From assembly GCF_001457615.1 (NCBI RefSeq), contig NZ_LN831024.1, positions 3,420,001 through 3,452,000 of the forward strand: a DNA stretch of 32,000 bases, read 5' to 3'. Source of the stretch: Pseudomonas aeruginosa. Lineage in GTDB: Bacteria > Pseudomonadota > Gammaproteobacteria > Pseudomonadales > Pseudomonadaceae. The stretch's first letter is position 1. Every line of letters begins with the position of its first letter. The notes beneath the pieces were generated by a model that was given only the letters and a program-made list of their open reading frames with translations, searched no databases and had not been told where the DNA came from. Of this stretch, positions 20,506 through 29,500 are shown piece by piece. The position numbers and the translations under genes are program-made.

Positions 20506-20772
20506 TGTCCCTGCCGGGCTGTGACAATTTAATTCGACCAGGCATTTCATTGTCCGTGCCGATTTTCACGAAGCGCATTCTGAGGCAATTAAAAAGAGCG
20601 CTCCATTCGACCATGGACAAGCTATCCACGCCTGACCGAGATCGCCTTCCGAATATAGCGAAGCGATAACCGCAGCCTGCCGAGAAGTGCTTCAGACAAT
20701 AAACAGGACGCTGGCCTTTCGTATCGATGAAAGTTCCGCATGGCGTCCGCCCCTAAGGAAGAGGAGATAAAT

Positions 20773-21540
20773 ATGATTTATTACTTGATCGGAGTGGCGC
20801 TATTCATCTTCATGCTGGAACAGTTGGTTCCCGGCTGGAAATTGCCCAAGGTGAGCACCTGGGTGGCCCGGGTGATCTTCCTCAACATCGTCCAGGTGTC
20901 GATCGCCCTGCTCGCCGGCATCACCTGGAACAAATGGATGATGGGGCACAGCCTGCTGCACACCTCGGATGCCCTGCCACCACTGCTGGCCGGCTTCGCC
21001 GCCTACTTCGTCAACACCTTCGTCACCTACTGGTGGCATCGCGCGCGCCACGCCAACGACACGCTCTGGCGGCTGTTCCACCAGTTGCACCACGCGCCGC
21101 AACGCATCGAGGTATTCACCTCCTTCTACAAGCATCCGACCGAGATGGTCTTCAACTCGCTGCTGGGCAGCTTCGTCGCCTACGTGGTGATGGGCATCAG
21201 CATCGAGGCCGGCGCCTACTACATCATGTTCGCCGCGCTCGGCGAGATGTTCTACCACTCGAACCTGCGCACCCCGCACGTCCTCGGCTACCTGTTCCAG
21301 CGCCCGGAGATGCACCGCATCCACCACCAGCGCGACCGCCACGAGTGCAACTACAGCGACTTCCCGATCTGGGACATGTTGTTCGGCACCTACGAGAACC
21401 CCCGCCGCATCGACGAGCCGCAGGGCTTCGCCGGCGACAAGGAGCAGCAGTTCGTCGACATGCTGCTGTTCCGCGACGTGCACAGCCTCCCCGGAAAAAC
21501 CCAGCCCGCTCCCGTCCTGGTCAAGCCCGACGTCAGGTGA
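20773..21540 (+). CDS. membrane fatty-acid-hydroxylase/sterol-desaturase-family di-iron oxygenase
   Basis: ATG 20773 is preceded by AAGGAAGAGGAG; an in-frame ATG at 20740 lacks an SD. The three histidine boxes HRARH, HQLHH and HRIHH, plus TM helices, mark the FA_hydroxylase superfamily. Confidence 0.85.
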   Translation: MIYYLIGVALFIFMLEQLVPGWKLPKVSTWVARVIFLNIVQVSIALLAGITWNKWMMGHSLLHTSDALPPLLAGFAAYFVNTFVTYWWHRARHANDTLWRLFHQLHHAPQRIEVFTSFYKHPTEMVFNSLLGSFVAYVVMGISIEAGAYYIMFAALGEMFYHSNLRTPHVLGYLFQRPEMHRIHHQRDRHECNYSDFPIWDMLFGTYENPRRIDEPQGFAGDKEQQFVDMLLFRDVHSLPGKTQPAPVLVKPDVR

Positions 21541-21545
21541 ACGCC

Positions 21546-22715
21546 ATGATTCCAGACATCGATTCCCGTCTCAGCCGGAACATATTGAAATCCATCTCGT
21601 ATGGCCTCCCCCTCGCCGAAGTGGTCCCCGACCATACCTATGCGCAACTGGAAACGCGCCTCGGCGAACTGAAACGCAGGTATCTGGAGCTGCGCATCTC
21701 CCACGGCGCGCGCGAGCTGCCGTTCAGCAACTACCTGTTCTACCTGATCCTCCAGTCGCGCCACCAGGAATTCGACTTCAAGCTGCGCCAGGGCAACTCG
21801 GTGGTCACCAACATCCACCGCTTCAAGAGCAAGGGACGCATCCCGTCCCTGACCACCCTGCTCCTGGCCGATGCGGTCAACGCCAAGAGCGAGCTGGAAC
21901 TCAAGCATCCGGACATCCCGCAGCTCGACCGCCACGCCCGCGACATCGAGCGCTGGCTGGCCGCCGGCAACGTCATGCCGCCCAGCGAGCGGGCCCTGCG
22001 CGGCCTGGTGGAGGCGCTGGAGCGCGCCGCTGGCGAAGGCCGTCCGTTGCACCTGGTGAGCGCGGTATGCCCGGACTACTCGCACTCCAGCGATGCCGAG
22101 GGCAAGCCGCGCTACACCTTCGAGCGAGTCGGCGACCAGCCCGGCCTGGCCGGCGCCAAGCTGGTCAGCGCCGGGCAGGCGGTGGCGGAGCTGGCCAGGG
22201 CGCGCCAGGTGGAGATCCGCCACGCGATCCTCGGCGGCGAGTTCGAATACCTGTCGTTCAACCGCAACCCCGCCACCGGCGAGACCCGCGAGGGTTTCCT
22301 CGGCAAGGTCGAGCGCCAGCTCGAGCGGATCGCCGGGGCCCTGCCCTGCCCGGCCGCGACCTGCTCGTTCTTCGAGATGTGCGGCGGCGAGGACGGCTGG
22401 CACCGGGCCCACGGCGAGATCGTCCAGCGCCTGGAACAGGGCGACTACGGCCAGACCGGGCTGGACTACCCGGCCCTGGAATCGATCTTCCTGTCGCGCC
22501 TGCCGCTCTACGAGAAATGGTTCGCCAGCCAGTCGCGCGAGCAGATCTGGGCCAGCTTCGTCTCCCAGGCCGCCGAGTACGCATTGATGGGAAAACTCTT
22601 CGGCGAGCGCTTCGACAACTTCGTCGTGCTGGCCGTCGATCACTACCGGATGGAGCCGTTCTACTCGTTCTTCGCGACCGTCCCGACGCTCTACATCCGA
22701 ACCGACTACCTGTAA
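21546..22715 (+). CDS. hypothetical protein, no family recognised (389 aa)
   Basis: ATG 21546 lies 5 nt after the upstream stop. High GC3. It is hidden in the ORF track as the 3' part of ORF 20934-22715. Soluble, with no motif I can name. Confidence 0.75.
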   Translation: MIPDIDSRLSRNILKSISYGLPLAEVVPDHTYAQLETRLGELKRRYLELRISHGARELPFSNYLFYLILQSRHQEFDFKLRQGNSVVTNIHRFKSKGRIPSLTTLLLADAVNAKSELELKHPDIPQLDRHARDIERWLAAGNVMPPSERALRGLVEALERAAGEGRPLHLVSAVCPDYSHSSDAEGKPRYTFERVGDQPGLAGAKLVSAGQAVAELARARQVEIRHAILGGEFEYLSFNRNPATGETREGFLGKVERQLERIAGALPCPAATCSFFEMCGGEDGWHRAHGEIVQRLEQGDYGQTGLDYPALESIFLSRLPLYEKWFASQSREQIWASFVSQAAEYALMGKLFGERFDNFVVLAVDHYRMEPFYSFFATVPTLYIRTDYL

Positions 22716-22733
22716 CGAGGGAGCGCCTGCGCC

Positions 22734-24008
22734 ATGCAAGATGAACTGTTCAAGACCCGATACTCCAAGTACGGATACGGCATCGACGTGCGCCGTACCT
22801 ACAAGGACCTGCCCTGCCAGCCGTTCTGGACCTGGGTCACCGGCAAGTCGCTGAACGACCGCCCGCCACGACGGCCGAAAGACACCCTGCTCAAGCCCTG
22901 GCAGCTCTACCTGCACATCAGTTGGGGCTACGCGGTGTTCTTCCTCGCGGTGATCTACGGCCAGCAACTGCTCGCCTCGCAGCAGCCACTGTGGCTGAAG
23001 TGCCTGCTGGGCGCGCTGATCATGTGCCTGGTGGTCAACCGCCAGCGTGGCTTCCTCCATACCTTCCACTACACCACCCATGGCGCCAGCCTGGAGAACA
23101 AGGCGCTGGCCCGCTTCACCTGCAAGTGGATCCTGTCGATCCCGATCCTGCACACCCCGCGCGACGAGTACGTGAAGCTGCACGTGAACGAACACCACAG
23201 CGTGCGCACCTTCAATACCGAGCACGACGTCGACCTGGTCTTCATGAAACAGCACGGCTTCTACAAGGGCATGTCCGAGAGCGCCTTCTGGACCCGCCTG
23301 GTGCTCGCGCCCTTCCATCCGGCGCGGATCCTCGAGCACCTGAAGTTCCGTTTCGACGTCAGCTTCGTCTCCGCCCCGCGCCACGAGCGCGTCAGCCGGG
23401 CGCTCTACTGGGCTGCGCTGCTCGGCCTGGTGTACGCCAGCGGCTACCTGGAGGCGTTCGCGCTGTTCTACCTGTTCCCGATCTTCATCCTCACCCAGTA
23501 CTCGTCGTGGATCCAGCACGTCTCCGAGCACCTCTGGTTCGCCCGCAACGAGCACGGCCTGCCGCGCTTCCTGCACTACGGCTCGCTGAGCTGGGGACGC
23601 TTCCTCGGCCGCCCCTACCCGGCCGACAAGCAGGGCCTGGCCTTCGCCCTGGCGTTCGTTCGCTGGAGCCTGGGCGTGCTGCTGATCGACATCCCGCTGC
23701 GGGTGTTCTCCTTCATGCAGGACCTGCCCAGCCACGACTTCCACCATCGCAAGCCGGGAGTGAACTTCTGGCGCATCGCGCCGGAGCGCGCGGCCAACGA
23801 GGCGCGCCCCTCGAAGTTCGGCCCGATGACCGAGACCTGGGGCATGTGGGAGAACTTCCTGATCCTGCGCGACCACCTCTGCCGCGGCCAGTCGGACCCG
23901 TTCGGAATCGTCGACTGGTACCGCGAGAACCATGCCCGGCTCGCTCCGGAGACCGATGCCGCCAACCAGCCCCACACCAACCAACCCGCATCCCAGGCTA
24001 CCGCCTGA
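22734..24008 (+). CDS. membrane fatty-acid-desaturase-like di-iron enzyme
   Basis: 424 aa with GAGGGAG upstream. Histidine boxes HYTTH, HVNEHH and HDFHH, with hydrophobic segments between them, give a desaturase-like architecture. Confidence 0.85.
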   Translation: MQDELFKTRYSKYGYGIDVRRTYKDLPCQPFWTWVTGKSLNDRPPRRPKDTLLKPWQLYLHISWGYAVFFLAVIYGQQLLASQQPLWLKCLLGALIMCLVVNRQRGFLHTFHYTTHGASLENKALARFTCKWILSIPILHTPRDEYVKLHVNEHHSVRTFNTEHDVDLVFMKQHGFYKGMSESAFWTRLVLAPFHPARILEHLKFRFDVSFVSAPRHERVSRALYWAALLGLVYASGYLEAFALFYLFPIFILTQYSSWIQHVSEHLWFARNEHGLPRFLHYGSLSWGRFLGRPYPADKQGLAFALAFVRWSLGVLLIDIPLRVFSFMQDLPSHDFHHRKPGVNFWRIAPERAANEARPSKFGPMTETWGMWENFLILRDHLCRGQSDPFGIVDWYRENHARLAPETDAANQPHTNQPASQATA

Positions 24009-24024
24009 TCACACAGGAAACCCC

Positions 24025-24648
24025 ATGAATACTCAGATTGCCCAGATCACCCAGAGCCTGGCAGCCAACGGCTGCGCCTATATCACCCCCAGCGACGCGC
24101 TCTACGACGAGCAGGACTGGGAACTGATGAACCAGGTCCTGGCCAACTCGACCCTGCCGTGGGAGAAGATCCTGATCGGCGACGCCGACGAGGAGAACGA
24201 CCTCTACGTGGCCCGTTTCATGACCGACCGCGACCGTCCCACGGTGGTCAACCATGCGCTGTCGGAGCTGATCATCCCGCGCGTCTGCAACGACAACGTG
24301 ATGAGCCTGTTCCGCAAGCTGATGGGCGACGACGCCTTCTACGTCCGGCGCATGCAGGTGAACCGGATGAAGGCCGGCTCGTTCATCGGCCGGCACCTGG
24401 ATACCGACAGCAACCCGGACTACCAGTACTCCATCGTCCTGCAGCTCGGCACCTACTTCTCCGGCGGCCAGTTCGTGGTCTACGACCGCGACGGCAACCT
24501 GCGCAACGACATCAAGCCGGAGCCGCGCTCGGTGATCATCAGCGACTGCAGCTATCCCCACGAGGTCCAGCAGGTGACCGCCGGCGAGCGCGTCTCGCTG
24601 GTGTTCTTCGTCAGTCGCCATGCGGACCGGAACCGGCGGGTCTATTGA
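24025..24648 (+). CDS. 2-oxoglutarate/Fe(II)-dependent oxygenase (prolyl-hydroxylase-like)
   Basis: 207 aa from ATG 24025. The facial triad HLD...H (GRHLDTD, YPHEV) and the 2OG-binding RxS (ERVSL) are present. Confidence 0.8.
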   Translation: MNTQIAQITQSLAANGCAYITPSDALYDEQDWELMNQVLANSTLPWEKILIGDADEENDLYVARFMTDRDRPTVVNHALSELIIPRVCNDNVMSLFRKLMGDDAFYVRRMQVNRMKAGSFIGRHLDTDSNPDYQYSIVLQLGTYFSGGQFVVYDRDGNLRNDIKPEPRSVIISDCSYPHEVQQVTAGERVSLVFFVSRHADRNRRVY

Positions 24649-24673
24649 CCCGTCGGCGTGGAGACTCGAAGCG

Positions 24674-27103
24674 ATGTCGAAGAACGCACGTTACGCCTGG
24701 CGCCTGTCCCTCGGCGGCCTGCTGCTGGGGCTACTGGCCTGCGCGGTCTACCTGCTGGCCGTCCCGCTGGGCTTCAAGTACGGCGAGATCCAGGTCGGCC
24801 ATGGCCTGGAACACGAGGGGCGGATCGCCTGGGACGCCGCCGGCGTCCCGCATATCCGCGCGCAGAGCCTGGAGGACGGCTATTTCCTGCTCGGCTACAG
24901 CCACGCCAGGGATCGCCTGTGGCAGATGGAGTTCGCCCGCCGCTATGCCGGCGGGACGCTCTCCGAAGTGTTCGGCGCCAAGACCCTGCCGATGGACAGG
25001 TTCGCCCGCACCCTGGGCTTCCGGCGCACCGCCGAGGGCATCTACGCCAACCTGGACGCGCCCACGCGCGTCCTGCTGCAGCGCTACAGCGACGGGATCA
25101 ACGCCTACCTGGAGCTGGCCCCGGCGGCGCTGCCGCTGGAATTCAGCCTGGTGCGCCACGAGCGGCCGGGGCCCTGGGGGCCGGTGGACAGCCTGTCCCT
25201 GCACCTGCTCTATTCCTGGACCCTGAGCGCCAACCTGGGCATGCAGTTGCAGCGCCTGGCGCTGGCCGAGCACCTGGACCTGGCGCGGATCAACGAGGTG
25301 TTCGCCCCCTATCCGGGCGAGCGGCCGCCGGCCACCCGCGACTACGCCAGCCTGTACCGCTCCCTGCACGGCACGCCGGACGCCGGCAAGCTGCTGGGGC
25401 AACTGCCCGGTTCCAACGTCGAGGGCATCGGTTCGAACAACTGGGTGGTCTCCGCCAGCCGCAGCGCCACCGGCAAGCCGCTGCTGGCCAACGATCCGCA
25501 CCTGCGCCTGACCAACCCGGCGGCCTTCTACCTGGCCAGCCTGAAGATCCCCGGCCTGAGCCTCACCGGCGCCAACTTCGCCGGCGCCCCGCTGTTCGTC
25601 ATCGGCCATAACCAGCGCATCGCCTGGGGCTACACCAATACCGGCTCGCACATCCAGGACGCCTACCTGGAGCGCGTCGATCCCCAGGACCCGCGGCGCT
25701 ACCTGGCCCCGGACGGCTACCGGCCCTTCGAGACGCGCCTGGAACGCATCGCCGTGCGCGACGGCGAGACGGTCTCGCTGGAGGTCCGCAGCACCCGCCA
25801 CGGCCCGGTGATCAGCGACATCTACGAACCGGCGCGGCTGCCGCAGGCGCAGCGCGACCGGCTGGTGATCGCCCTCGCCTGGACCGGCCTCGACCGTCAC
25901 GACAAGACCTTCCCGAGCCTGCTGGCGATCAACCGGGCCGAAGGCTGGGAACAGTTCCTCGACGCCGCCGCCGACTTCGGCGTACCGCCGCAGAACATGG
26001 TCTATGCCGACGTCGAGGGCAACATCGGCTACGTCTCCGCCGGTCGCGTACCGCTCCGCGGCGCCGACGACGACCTCCATGGCCTGGCCCCCTCGCCCGG
26101 CTGGGAGAGCCGCTACGACTGGGTCGGCTACGTTCCGGAAAGCGCCAAGCCACGCAGCCTCAACCCCCGCGAAGGGTTCATCGCCACGGCGAACCAGCGC
26201 ATCGTGCCGCCCGACAATGCCTTCGACTTCGGCCACGACTGGGTCCTGCCCTACCGCTACGAACGCATCCGCGAGTGGCTCGGCGGCCCCGGCCAGCGCA
26301 CCCTGGAAGACAGCCTGGAGTTGCAGAACGACGAGTTCTCCAGCGTGATGGCGAGCCTGTTGCCGAAGATGCTGGAGCAGGTCAGCGACCCCGAACTGCG
26401 CGCCAGCGAGGCCTTCGCCCTGCTCCAGGGCTGGAACCACCAGGCCGCCGCCGACCTGGCCGCGCCACTGATCGCCGGCTACTGGGTACGCGCCTTCACC
26501 CGCGAGCTGCTGCAACCGAGGATCGGCACGCAGTTGCTGGCCAGCGGCTGGAACCAGCGCAACTACGACGGATTCCTCCGGCTGATCCTCGACGGCCAGG
26601 CCGATCTGCGCTTCTGGTGCGGCCAGGAACAAGGCTGCGACCTCAAGCTGAACCAGTCGCTGCGCCGCGCCCTCGACGAACTGCGAGCCGCCCACGGAAG
26701 CGCGCCGAGCGGCTGGAAGTGGGGCGAGGCGCACGCCGCCCTCGCCGAGCACGTGCCCTTGCACAAGACCCCGTTGCGCGCGCTGTTCGACCTGAAGAAC
26801 AACAAGGGCGGCGACAACTTCAGCGTCAACGTCGGGCGCTTCGACTACAGCGACCCGGCCAACCCGTTCAACACACGGATCGCCGCGACCCTGCGGATGG
26901 TCATCGACCTGGCGGACTTCGACAACTCGCGCTACGCGCTGTCCACCCGCAATTCCGGCCTGCCGTTCGACGGCGCCACCGATCTCAACGAACTCTGGGC
27001 CCGCGGCGCGTACATCCGTATCGCCGACGACGCCCCCGACGCGACGGACCGCCAGTTGGTCCTGCGCCCTTCAGCCTCTTCCTCCGGCGAGCCACGACCA
27101 TGA
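24674..27103 (+). CDS. penicillin-amidase-family (peptidase S45) Ntn hydrolase, putative acyl-amide/acyl-HSL acylase
   Basis: 809 aa from ATG 24674. N-terminal hydrophobic anchor or signal. Family motifs LGYSHARDRLWQMEF and the autoprocessing/nucleophile site G/SNNWVVS followed by LLANDPHL. Confidence 0.9.
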   Translation: MSKNARYAWRLSLGGLLLGLLACAVYLLAVPLGFKYGEIQVGHGLEHEGRIAWDAAGVPHIRAQSLEDGYFLLGYSHARDRLWQMEFARRYAGGTLSEVFGAKTLPMDRFARTLGFRRTAEGIYANLDAPTRVLLQRYSDGINAYLELAPAALPLEFSLVRHERPGPWGPVDSLSLHLLYSWTLSANLGMQLQRLALAEHLDLARINEVFAPYPGERPPATRDYASLYRSLHGTPDAGKLLGQLPGSNVEGIGSNNWVVSASRSATGKPLLANDPHLRLTNPAAFYLASLKIPGLSLTGANFAGAPLFVIGHNQRIAWGYTNTGSHIQDAYLERVDPQDPRRYLAPDGYRPFETRLERIAVRDGETVSLEVRSTRHGPVISDIYEPARLPQAQRDRLVIALAWTGLDRHDKTFPSLLAINRAEGWEQFLDAAADFGVPPQNMVYADVEGNIGYVSAGRVPLRGADDDLHGLAPSPGWESRYDWVGYVPESAKPRSLNPREGFIATANQRIVPPDNAFDFGHDWVLPYRYERIREWLGGPGQRTLEDSLELQNDEFSSVMASLLPKMLEQVSDPELRASEAFALLQGWNHQAAADLAAPLIAGYWVRAFTRELLQPRIGTQLLASGWNQRNYDGFLRLILDGQADLRFWCGQEQGCDLKLNQSLRRALDELRAAHGSAPSGWKWGEAHAALAEHVPLHKTPLRALFDLKNNKGGDNFSVNVGRFDYSDPANPFNTRIAATLRMVIDLADFDNSRYALSTRNSGLPFDGATDLNELWARGAYIRIADDAPDATDRQLVLRPSASSSGEPRP

Positions 27104-27837
27104 CCAGCGATCCGCAGAAAAACGCCTTCGACCTCGACTACTCCAGCCGCGAACGGCAGTTCCCCGAGGGCTTCAAGCGCAAGATAGTCGCCGACCTGCA
27201 AGAGGGAATGCCGCAGTTCGACGTGCTGCAATACTTCGGCAACCAGCCGGATATCTTCGAGACCTACGACCACCTGGTACTGGCGACCGACCCGGAGGGC
27301 GAACGGATCATCGGCATCCTGGGCGCGAAGGACTTCGTCCGCGGCGCGACGCGCTTCCTCTACCTGTGGACGGCGATGGTGGTCGACCGCTACCACCGCA
27401 CCAGCCTGTTCAAGCGGATCAACCAGTTCTTCCTGCGCCAAGTCAGCGAGCGCAACGGCGGGCTGCCGCCACTGATCGTGGCGAAGACCTACAACCCGGT
27501 GGTCTACAACATGTTCCGCGCCCTAAGCGCGCGGATCCCGGGAGCGACGCTGTACCCGGACCTGGAAGCGCCGCGCCAGAGCCCGGACATGGTCGACCTG
27601 GCCCGCGACGTGGTCGGCACGCTGTCCGCCAACCTGCGCCTGGATGCGGAAACCGGCCTGATACCCGGCGGGCAACGCAGCGTCGCCCCGGATTTCTTCC
27701 CGCGCATGGCGATGTCCAGCCACGCCAGGACCAACGACCACTTCGTCGCCCACGTCGGCAGCAGCGACCAGATCCTCTGCATGGTCCGCCTCGCGCCCGG
27801 TGCCGAACCCTACGTGCAGCAGAGGATCATCCGGTGA
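27100..27837 (+). CDS. hypothetical protein (245 aa); GNAT-like fold possible but unverified
   Basis: ATG 27100 overlaps the acylase TGA (ATGA). High GC3. The segment ERIIGILGAKDF...FLYLWTAMVVDRYHRTSLFKRI is only loosely reminiscent of an acyltransferase core. Confidence 0.7.
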   Translation: MTSDPQKNAFDLDYSSRERQFPEGFKRKIVADLQEGMPQFDVLQYFGNQPDIFETYDHLVLATDPEGERIIGILGAKDFVRGATRFLYLWTAMVVDRYHRTSLFKRINQFFLRQVSERNGGLPPLIVAKTYNPVVYNMFRALSARIPGATLYPDLEAPRQSPDMVDLARDVVGTLSANLRLDAETGLIPGGQRSVAPDFFPRMAMSSHARTNDHFVAHVGSSDQILCMVRLAPGAEPYVQQRIIR

Positions 27838-28223
27838 GCGGACTCGCGCAGCGCTCCGACGACCCGTGGCTGGCGGCGCTGCCGGCCGCGGTGCTCTACG
27901 GCGCCTGGGCGGCCTATGCCAACCAGGACGGCGGCCTGGCCGGGATGGGCGTCGCCGCCCTGCTCCAGGGCGCCGCGAGTCTCCTGGCGACGCGCTTCGG
28001 CCTGTACCTTTTGCAATGTCTCGGCCGCCGCCACGGCCTTGCGCAACGCCAGGCGCCCCTGCTGGTGGTGCTCCTGCTGACCGCGCCGATAGCCGCGCTG
28101 CACTGGCTCTCGGGCACGCCGCATCCATTGGCGAGCGTGGCGCCATCGTTCGTCATCGGCTGGCTCTACTTCGCCCTCTGGGCGCGCCGCCGCCCGGGCC
28201 GCCGGCAAGCCAGCGGCGCCTAG
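27834..28223 (+). CDS. small integral membrane protein (129 aa), unknown function
   Basis: GTG 27834 overlaps the upstream TGA (GTGA). Four hydrophobic stretches. It is the tail of ORF-track entry 27366-28223. Confidence 0.6.
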   Translation: MSGLAQRSDDPWLAALPAAVLYGAWAAYANQDGGLAGMGVAALLQGAASLLATRFGLYLLQCLGRRHGLAQRQAPLLVVLLLTAPIAALHWLSGTPHPLASVAPSFVIGWLYFALWARRRPGRRQASGA

Positions 28224-28311
28224 CCGGCGCCCCCGCTCGAGCCGCTCCCCGTCGGCGGGATCGGCCCGTATACTCGGAGCCTTCCTATCTGCCCAAGGAC
28301 GCGCCATCGCC

Positions 28312-28935
28312 ATGCTGGAGATTCTCGGAAAGGCCTCTTCGATCAACGTGCGCAAGGTGCTCTGGACCTGCGCCGAACTGGACCTGCCCTACCGCCGCGA
28401 AGACTGGGGCAGCGGCTTCCGCGACACCCACGCGGCGGAATTCCTCGCCCTCAACCCGAACGCCATGGTGCCGGTGCTGCGCGACGGCGAACTGGTGCTC
28501 TGGGAATCCAACAGCATCATCCGCTACCTGGCCAACCGCTATACCGGCGAACGCCTCTATCCGCAGCAGGCGGCGCCGCGCGCGCGGGTCGACCAGTGGC
28601 TGGACTGGCAGGCCTCCGACCTCAACCGCTCGTGGAGCTATGCCTTCATGAGCCTGGTCCGGCAGTCGCCGGCGCACCGCGACGCGGCCCAGGTGGAGGC
28701 TTCGTTGCGCGGCTGGACGGGCTTCATGGAAATCCTCGAGGGACAACTGCTACGCACCGGCGCCTATGTCGCCGGCGAGACCTTCAGCCTGGCCGACATC
28801 GCCATCGGCCTGTCGGTCAACCGCTGGTACGAGACGCCGTTCGAGCATCCGTCGCTGCCAGCGGTGCGCGCCTATTACGAGCGCCTCGGCGCCCGTCCCG
28901 GCTTCCTCGCCCACGGCCGCAACGGCGTACCCTGA
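28312..28935 (+). CDS. glutathione S-transferase
   Basis: 207 aa. N-terminal thioredoxin-like GST motif ([25 protein letters not shown]) and a C-terminal helical domain. Confidence 0.9.
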   Translation: MLEILGKASSINVRKVLWTCAELDLPYRREDWGSGFRDTHAAEFLALNPNAMVPVLRDGELVLWESNSIIRYLANRYTGERLYPQQAAPRARVDQWLDWQASDLNRSWSYAFMSLVRQSPAHRDAAQVEASLRGWTGFMEILEGQLLRTGAYVAGETFSLADIAIGLSVNRWYETPFEHPSLPAVRAYYERLGARPGFLAHGRNGVP

Positions 28936-28948
28936 GCGAGGCGCGCGA

Positions 28949-29335
28949 TTACTGGCCGAGCGCCTTGTTCAGGCGCTGCGCCAGGGCGGTGGTGTTGGCG
29001 CCGGCGGTATCCAGCAGCAGGTAGTCGTAGTCGGACTTGGCCACCGGGGCGATGCGGTATTGCAGGACGCCCTCGACCACCTGCTGGCCGGCCGGCACGC
29101 TGAGGGTGCCGACGCAGGACAGCACGCCGCTGTCGGGATCCTTCTCGAGGATCGCCACGTCGCGCAACGCGCTGTCCTTGAACTCCGGCGAGCGCTCGGT
29201 GATCGCGCCCTGGAGGAAGATCCGCATCAGTTGGTCTTTCACGTCCGGCGAGGCACAGGCCTCGGCCTCCTTCTTCGCGCAGGCGCTCAACAGCAGCGCG
29301 GCGCCCAATACAGCGAGCACGGGTAGCTTCATCAT
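28949..29335 (-). CDS. small lipoprotein (128 aa), unknown function
   Basis: ATG 29335 with GAGGGG upstream. Signal peptide with lipobox (MMKLPVLAVLGAALLLSAC). It is the 3' tail of the long ORF-track entry 28949-30256. Confidence 0.75.
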   Translation of the reverse strand: MMKLPVLAVLGAALLLSACAKKEAEACASPDVKDQLMRIFLQGAITERSPEFKDSALRDVAILEKDPDSGVLSCVGTLSVPAGQQVVEGVLQYRIAPVAKSDYDYLLLDTAGANTTALAQRLNKALGQ

Positions 29336-29500
29336 CCCCTCGGGGGTTGGTTGGTGATGCGCAGTTGGACTGCGCCGCCGGCGAATGATTCCCAGGCCCC
29401 GCGCGGCGCCTACCGCAGCCAGCACTGGCCAGCCGGCGCGTCTGCCAGTAGTCTGTCCGCCGCGCTGGCGACGCCGGCCCCACGCCAACTGGAGCAAGAC

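Noticed and set aside
20613-20669. 18-codon upstream ORF (MDKLSTPDRDRLPNIAKR) in the operon leader
   Set aside because: There is no Shine-Dalgarno sequence upstream, and a short ORF like this is expected by chance in AT-richer DNA.
20740-20772. Upstream in-frame ATG (20740) as the start of the first operon gene; similarly 18855 for phzA2, 18298 for phzB2 and 13190 for phzG2
   Set aside because: In each case the downstream start has a properly spaced strong SD and gives the protein length I recall for the family. The upstream codons lack an SD or are too close to it.
13613-26764. Long antisense ORFs 13613-16078 (+), 21390-23984 (-) and 24731-26764 (-), and the 614-aa extension 15943-17787 (-)
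   Set aside because: The same shadow-ORF logic applies. The 15943-17787 ORF is the phzD frame running upstream, out of frame, through phzC. The genuine phzD start is ATG 16566, which overlaps the phzC stop.
28933-28951. Only 13 nt separate the convergent stops of the GST gene and the lipoprotein gene, with no room for terminators
   Set aside because: It is a real observation but unremarkable. Convergent genes with overlapping 3' UTRs are common, and there is nothing further to test from sequence alone.
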